Source: Promethearchaeum syntrophicum (lineage in GTDB: Archaea; Asgardarchaeota; Lokiarchaeia; Sigyniarchaeales; Promethearchaeaceae). From it: 32,000 nt of DNA. How positions within the stretch are numbered: the first letter of the stretch is position 1; each line of letters begins with the position of its first letter. The position numbers and the translations under genes are program-made. The notes below the pieces were generated by a model that was not told where the DNA came from, did not search any database, and was given only the letters and a program-made list of their open reading frames with translations. Shown here in pieces: positions 26,989 through 32,000 of this stretch. Where the stretch lies: the NCBI RefSeq assembly GCF_008000775.2, contig NZ_CP042905.2, positions 2,400,001 through 2,432,000 on the forward strand. Reading direction: 5' to 3'.

Positions 26989-27495
26989 ATGAGTTTTATT
27001 CACGATATAGAAAATTGGAAAGACGTTTTAGAATTGATTCCAAAACTACAAAATGCAGTTTTTAAAAATTTACAGAAACATCTAAATAAACAGTTTGATA
27101 CAGCGGAAATATCCCGCTCAGAATTACTTGAAAGACACAAAGAAAAAGATCCAGAAAAAAATCCAGTAAAGGAGGAGATGAAGGTCTTCTCATCGACCGC
27201 CAAAATATTCCAAGGTAAATATACTATGGAAATAATTTTCGTTTTGAGTGGGTTTAAATTTGCATTTTTTAATGAACTAAAACAAGCACTAGGAAATATA
27301 ACTTCCAGTTCTCTATCAAATAGATTACATTTATTAGAAAACTCAGGGATAGTAAAAAGAACTGTTCACGAAGGAACCCCAATTCGAGTTTCATATCATT
27401 TAACAAAGACTGGTTGGGGAGTTTATGGATTACTCTTACCACTTCTAATTTATACTGCAACAATAATAGAAACAGATAATAAAATGAAGAAATAA
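26989..27495 (+). CDS. HxlR-like winged-helix transcriptional regulator
   Basis: KYTMEIIFVLSGFKFAFFNELKQALGNITSSSLSNRLHLLENSGIVKRTVHEGTPIRVSYHLTKTG. Confidence 0.75.
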   Translation: MSFIHDIENWKDVLELIPKLQNAVFKNLQKHLNKQFDTAEISRSELLERHKEKDPEKNPVKEEMKVFSSTAKIFQGKYTMEIIFVLSGFKFAFFNELKQALGNITSSSLSNRLHLLENSGIVKRTVHEGTPIRVSYHLTKTGWGVYGLLLPLLIYTATIIETDNKMKK

Positions 27496-27531
27496 AAAAA
27501 AGATCTATGGACCAAATAATTTTGTAAATCT

Positions 27532-28362
27532 TTACATGAAAACTAATGTAATCACATAATAAATGGTTACTGCAATAATATCAGATGCATTATGAGCTAT
27601 CATGGGTCCAAGTAAGCTTTTACTTCTTTCTAACAACACTCCATAAAATAATCCCAGTCCCATTGAAAAACAAATTTGCATTAAATTGAAATAAGTAATT
27701 TGAAACGGAAATAAAGTAAATCCAATATGTGCTGCAGAAAATATTACAGCTGCAAAGAAATTACTAAAAGTAATCTCAGTTTTTCCGATTTTAAACTTCC
27801 CTGACCAATGTCGAGAAAGTATTCCCAAAACCATAGCTCTAAAAACAATTTCTTCAGATAAACCAGGCATTGTTCCAGAAAAGCTTATAGTCCTTAAGTA
27901 ATCATTCAAATTTCTTTCATGTTGAATTATTGGTGGCCATCCTGAGATTATTTGAGTAATTAATGTACCTATTGATAAGGCAACAATGTAAATTATAATA
28001 AACTCTAAAACAGTTCTTAATGCCCATCTCCAATTTTTAAAATTAAGACCAAATTCTTTCAGAGATTTTTTCCAAATCGGGAGAGATATCACGAGTAAAG
28101 CAAATGCCAATTGCAAAATATGATGAGTAAAATCCCATGCTGAAGTACCAAATTCAAAAAGAATATCTGATATAAAAAAAGCTAGTTTAGGGATAAAAAT
28201 CCCTAAAAAAAGAACTATTATACCATCCAAAATTTTTATAGCTATGCTTATTTCCACTTTTTCTATGTTTTCACTCTCAACACCATTTCTTTCTTGACTA
28301 GATGTCTGCAAAATAGAACTATTGATATCCTTTAAGTGATAATCATTCGCATTTGTATCCAT
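27532..28362 (-). CDS. CPBP-family intramembrane metalloprotease (Abi/CAAX protease-like)
   Basis: MPGLSEEIVFRAMVLGIL (EExxxR), VIFSAAHIGF, GPMIAHNASD within a multi-TM protein. Confidence 0.88.
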   Translation of the reverse strand: MDTNANDYHLKDINSSILQTSSQERNGVESENIEKVEISIAIKILDGIIVLFLGIFIPKLAFFISDILFEFGTSAWDFTHHILQLAFALLVISLPIWKKSLKEFGLNFKNWRWALRTVLEFIIIYIVALSIGTLITQIISGWPPIIQHERNLNDYLRTISFSGTMPGLSEEIVFRAMVLGILSRHWSGKFKIGKTEITFSNFFAAVIFSAAHIGFTLFPFQITYFNLMQICFSMGLGLFYGVLLERSKSLLGPMIAHNASDIIAVTIYYVITLVFM

Positions 28363-28391
28363 AATTATTCAAATCCAGTGTGATTTGTCTA

Positions 28392-29702
28392 TTATTCTTT
28401 GATGCAGATCTCCGAATTTATTTTTCTTTGATAATTTTCTTTTGATTTCTTCTTTTGTAAATAGGGAAACATTCCGAAACCTAATGCACATAAAGCAATT
28501 AATCCAGAACATAATCCAAAGAATGAATTTGGTGCAAAAGTTATTAATAATCCTCCGAATAATGGACCAAATAATTGACCTAAAGAATCTAAAGCTGATT
28601 TAAACCCTTGAATTTTCCCTTGTTCATATGATTCTACTGATTTTGAAATTTGTGATGATAAAACACTTCTAACGAGAGCCGCAGCTACCCCTTGAAAAAG
28701 TATAATACATATTAACTGCCATTTTTGATTAATAAGTGTTAAACTGAAATATATTACACAACTTATAATTAAACCTACTAAAGCAGATTTTTTTTCTCCT
28801 AATTTTCTTATTATTGGCATAAATAGAGTCATTCTGAACAAAATTTGAAATATCCCGGCTGTCATCAATAAAATTCCTAAAGATTCCGCTGATAGGTGAA
28901 AATTTTCATATGCATAAAGTGAAATGCTTGAATACACTAATGTCAAAGCTAAAGTGTAAAAAGCCCATTGAATTAATTTGAATTTTGGAAAATTATTTTT
29001 TTCTACTCTTGTATATGTTAATTTGTTTGAATTACTCTCATTGTTTAATTCTAGTGTAGGAATTTTAGATTCGCATTTCTTTAATGTTTCAGGTAAGAAG
29101 AAGATCGAACTAATTATTGATAAGCCAGATAAAATCATACCAAATAATCCTGGAAATAACATTCCTTGACCTAATGAAATTAATAATGCACTTATTCCTG
29201 GCCCCAATATATTTGAAAGTGCAAAAATTAAACTAATATTACCCATAAATTTAATTCGATCTTTTTTGTCAACAACGTCTCCGATTATTGCATTAGCAAT
29301 TAAAAAATTTCCTCCAAAAATTCCATCCAAAATTCTTGATAGTAATAAAATTTTATAGTTTTGACCTATGGCAAATATCAGAAAACTCAATAAAGTTCCC
29401 GTTTGACATATAATTAAAGTTGGCTTTCTTCCATATTTATCTGACAATTTTCCCCAAATAGGTCCAAAAATTATCCCAAACATAGCATTTGATGATAATA
29501 ATAATGTTGCTTGAAAACTTGTGGTGTTAAATGAGTTATTAACTTCAGGTAATAATGAAACCATGAAAGAAAAACCCAAAATATCTGCAAAAATTCCCAT
29601 CCAAATAGCATTCAATTGAGAATATTTTTTTTTTTTATTCGTTTTAATTTTTTTATCTTGCATTTTTTTCACGACATTTTTCTTTTTCTTAATATCTATC
29701 AT
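28392..29702 (-). CDS. Major facilitator superfamily transporter
   Basis: 12-TM-like pattern with GIIFGPIWGKLSDKYGRKPTLI and LSRILDGIFGGNF. Confidence 0.88.
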   Translation of the reverse strand: MIDIKKKKNVVKKMQDKKIKTNKKKKYSQLNAIWMGIFADILGFSFMVSLLPEVNNSFNTTSFQATLLLSSNAMFGIIFGPIWGKLSDKYGRKPTLIICQTGTLLSFLIFAIGQNYKILLLSRILDGIFGGNFLIANAIIGDVVDKKDRIKFMGNISLIFALSNILGPGISALLISLGQGMLFPGLFGMILSGLSIISSIFFLPETLKKCESKIPTLELNNESNSNKLTYTRVEKNNFPKFKLIQWAFYTLALTLVYSSISLYAYENFHLSAESLGILLMTAGIFQILFRMTLFMPIIRKLGEKKSALVGLIISCVIYFSLTLINQKWQLICIILFQGVAAALVRSVLSSQISKSVESYEQGKIQGFKSALDSLGQLFGPLFGGLLITFAPNSFFGLCSGLIALCALGFGMFPYLQKKKSKENYQRKINSEICIKE

Positions 29703-29876
29703 TTTCCCTTTCCTTGAGTCCTATAAACAATATGATTCAATTAGAAAGGAATTGATTAAATTAAGATAAAAATATGATTTAAATTAATAAGTAAAAAGGA
29801 ATGGAGTAAGTATTGGATTTGATACCTAGTAGTAGAAAAAAGATTTAATATTCATAAATAAAAATTTGAAAAAAAA

Positions 29877-31031
29877 TTATATCTCTTTTATCGCAGAATC
29901 TTGATATACATGCTCTTGGAGCTTTTTAAATGCATATTGCGATGTAGAAAAGACGGTAGCTCCGAATTTTTTCATAATCGGTCCTAATTCTTCATCAAAT
30001 ATTCTTGTGTACACTTTTATACTAGGATATTTTTGATGAAAATGTGAAGTTAATTTAATGGTATCTGAAAACTCATCTTCTTCTTTCCAACAAATAAAAA
30101 TTTGGGAAACTGTATTTAAATCGACGTGTTCTTCCAAGGCGTTTAAAATTGTTGCCTTATCGCTGATTAATGTAATAGTTGGATCATCATCGTAAAAACT
30201 TTCATCAATATCAGGATCGATTAGGAAAGTTTCACGATGTTGTTCTCTACCTAAATATTCTGTAATTCGTTGAGCAAGGCTATCCCTTCCTAATACAACT
30301 ACTTTTCCTCTTTCTCCTCTTGTCCATTCGCGTACTGATTCTAATGCCCAAGTTGATGTAGAAAAAGATAAAGCATTAAATGGTTCTCTTGCTAAATAGT
30401 CAGAATAACTTTCTCCCAAAATTCGAGTATATATTGTGCATTTATTATTCAATTCCCTCACTTTCTCACAAACAACAATAATTTCTCGAACATCATTTAC
30501 AACTAGAAATATTTCTTTTGCATGCTGTACACCAGCGAATTCAAGATTAGTAATATCGGTCGGGTCTCCAACAATAACGGGTTCTCCTTCAGAAATTAAA
30601 AAATCAACATTTTCTTCATTTTCTTCAATTACTGTATAAGGTTTATTATGTTTTTGAAGATAATCCACAATTCTCCTACCAAAATGGTGATATCCGATAA
30701 TAACTGAATGATTTCGTTGATTTTCGGCTACTAATTTTGAGGTTAAAACTGGATTAAACTTTTCGATTAAAGCTCCAAAGATAAACCCGATTACGATAAC
30801 TTCTATTAAAATTGGCCACATTAACTGATAAAATCCTGAAAAATCCGATACAAAATTTGGGGACCGAATTCCAAAAGTGATTGCTATTAGGTGCCAAATG
30901 TTTTGATCTGTTTCAAAAGCAATATAGTATGCAAAACCAATAATCCAAAATATAATACAGATGATGAACGGCCATTTATTATGCTTGATTTTTAATTTAA
31001 GATCAATCAATATACTTTTAATTCTTGACAT
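29877..31031 (-). CDS. RCK/TrkA-N domain membrane protein resembling K+ channel regulators, with noncanonical pore
   Basis: Two TM segments flanking NIWHLIAITFGIRSPNF. RCK Rossmann motif HSVIIGYHHFGRRIVDYLQKHNKPYTVIE, second domain GKVVVLGRDSLAQRITEYL. Confidence 0.75.
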   Translation of the reverse strand: MSRIKSILIDLKLKIKHNKWPFIICIIFWIIGFAYYIAFETDQNIWHLIAITFGIRSPNFVSDFSGFYQLMWPILIEVIVIGFIFGALIEKFNPVLTSKLVAENQRNHSVIIGYHHFGRRIVDYLQKHNKPYTVIEENEENVDFLISEGEPVIVGDPTDITNLEFAGVQHAKEIFLVVNDVREIIVVCEKVRELNNKCTIYTRILGESYSDYLAREPFNALSFSTSTWALESVREWTRGERGKVVVLGRDSLAQRITEYLGREQHRETFLIDPDIDESFYDDDPTITLISDKATILNALEEHVDLNTVSQIFICWKEEDEFSDTIKLTSHFHQKYPSIKVYTRIFDEELGPIMKKFGATVFSTSQYAFKKLQEHVYQDSAIKEI

Positions 31032-31107
31032 GATTATAAAATTGTATTAGTTTCATTTAATTGTTTTTCAAGAAATTTGAGAAAATGATAGAATTCGTGA
31101 TTATAAA

Positions 31108-32000
31108 ATGATTGATGCATCTTGGATCTTAAAAAATTTTAGTTTGCAATCAATCTCTTTCACGAGTTTTCTCAAAAATTGTCAAAATTTGGATGATAGT
31201 TTATTCTATAAGACTGCGTTTGATAATTGGAAAAAAAAATTTAGTCTAAAATTTATGATAACAAATAATTCTCATTTAGGATCTTATAATGATATTTCAT
31301 CAGAAAAAGATGTTTTTATTCGCTATAGTTATGCTGCATGGGTCATTTATAAAATTTCTACAATTATTAATATAGATTTTAAATTCCCTGAGAAAATATG
31401 GCAATTTTTTGAATGGTTTTCCAAACTAGAACCAAATCTTACAGCAATTTATCAAAAAAATATAATAGAACTACTTGAATTGAATAAACCATTAAAAATT
31501 TCAACTGAAGATTTATTTGGGGTTTTTTTAAATCACGTTTTAGAAAGGGATATTCAAGAAGAAAAGGGAATGTTCTACACTCCTGATATATTAGCTCATT
31601 TTTTATCTACTCAAGTAATTAAAATACAAAATTTACATCCACAATCTAATATTCTTGACCCAACTTGTGGTACTGGTAACATATTGATCGGATTATTGCA
31701 CAATATAGAAGCCTCGCCTTTATCCCCTCAAATTAAAAGGAAGTTTTATCAGCAAATTTATGGATTTGATGAAAATCCTGTTGCTATTTTGGCTACGATT
31801 ACAAATTTATCCAATAATCTACTTCAATTGGATTATGATATTGAAATTATTACAAAAATAGCGAAAAATTTTCGTTGTTTAGATGTTTTTACATTCTTTC
31901 AACTTGAAGAAAATCATGAATTTTTTAGATTCTTTGATTTGGTCATTGGAAATCTCCCCTGGAATGTTTTTAATAATATCCAAAACACAACTGTTAAATC
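31108..32000 (+). CDS. N6-adenine DNA methyltransferase (restriction-modification type), 3' truncated by window edge
   Basis: Open frame from ATG at 31108 to the window edge, absent from the ORF track. KGMFYTPDILAHFLSTQVI, motif I ILDPTCGTGNILIGLLHN, GFDENPVAILAT, motif IV-like DLVIGNLPWNVFNN. Confidence 0.85.
   Translation, partial: MIDASWILKNFSLQSISFTSFLKNCQNLDDSLFYKTAFDNWKKKFSLKFMITNNSHLGSYNDISSEKDVFIRYSYAAWVIYKISTIINIDFKFPEKIWQFFEWFSKLEPNLTAIYQKNIIELLELNKPLKISTEDLFGVFLNHVLERDIQEEKGMFYTPDILAHFLSTQVIKIQNLHPQSNILDPTCGTGNILIGLLHNIEASPLSPQIKRKFYQQIYGFDENPVAILATITNLSNNLLQLDYDIEIITKIAKNFRCLDVFTFFQLEENHEFFRFFDLVIGNLPWNVFNNIQNTTVK

Noticed and set aside
1-32000. CRISPR arrays, rRNA and tRNA genes
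   Set aside because: I looked in the intergenic gaps for spaced direct repeats and for tRNA T-loop-like sequences and saw none; tRNAscan-SE or Infernal would be needed to exclude small RNAs.

Overview
This is an AT-rich, gene-dense archaeal window. The eukaryote-type ribosomal proteins eS1 and uS15, deoxyhypusine synthase, a longin-like/Arf-like GTPase and a possible TRAPP/V4R-like protein point to an Asgard-type archaeon (inference). Main content: (i) a divergent block with a longin-like domain fused to a degenerate Arf/Gtr-like GTPase, an AbrB-like/solenoid protein with a 21-nt acidic tandem repeat, a Cys-cluster protein and a HEAT-like/coiled-coil protein; (ii) eS1-uS15; (iii) a TumE/DUF6516-like toxin-antitoxin pair in which the toxin has an in-frame TAA; (iv) an HgcA-HgcB-like fused corrinoid/TM/ferredoxin protein overlapping an upstream SAM methyltransferase gene; (v) an agmatinase-like gene next to deoxyhypusine synthase; (vi) two flavodoxin-ferredoxin (EFR1-like) proteins and an Fe-S aldo/keto reductase; (vii) a complete-looking ~1.77 kb insertion sequence with 22-bp perfect terminal inverted repeats; (viii) an RCK protein whose pore lacks a normal K+ filter; (ix) the 5' part of an N6-adenine DNA methyltransferase running off the right edge. 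The strongest candidates for an under-described system are the HgcAB-like fusion plus methyltransferase and the longin-GTPase/AbrB-solenoid pair. All family calls come from motif recognition by eye, with no database search.
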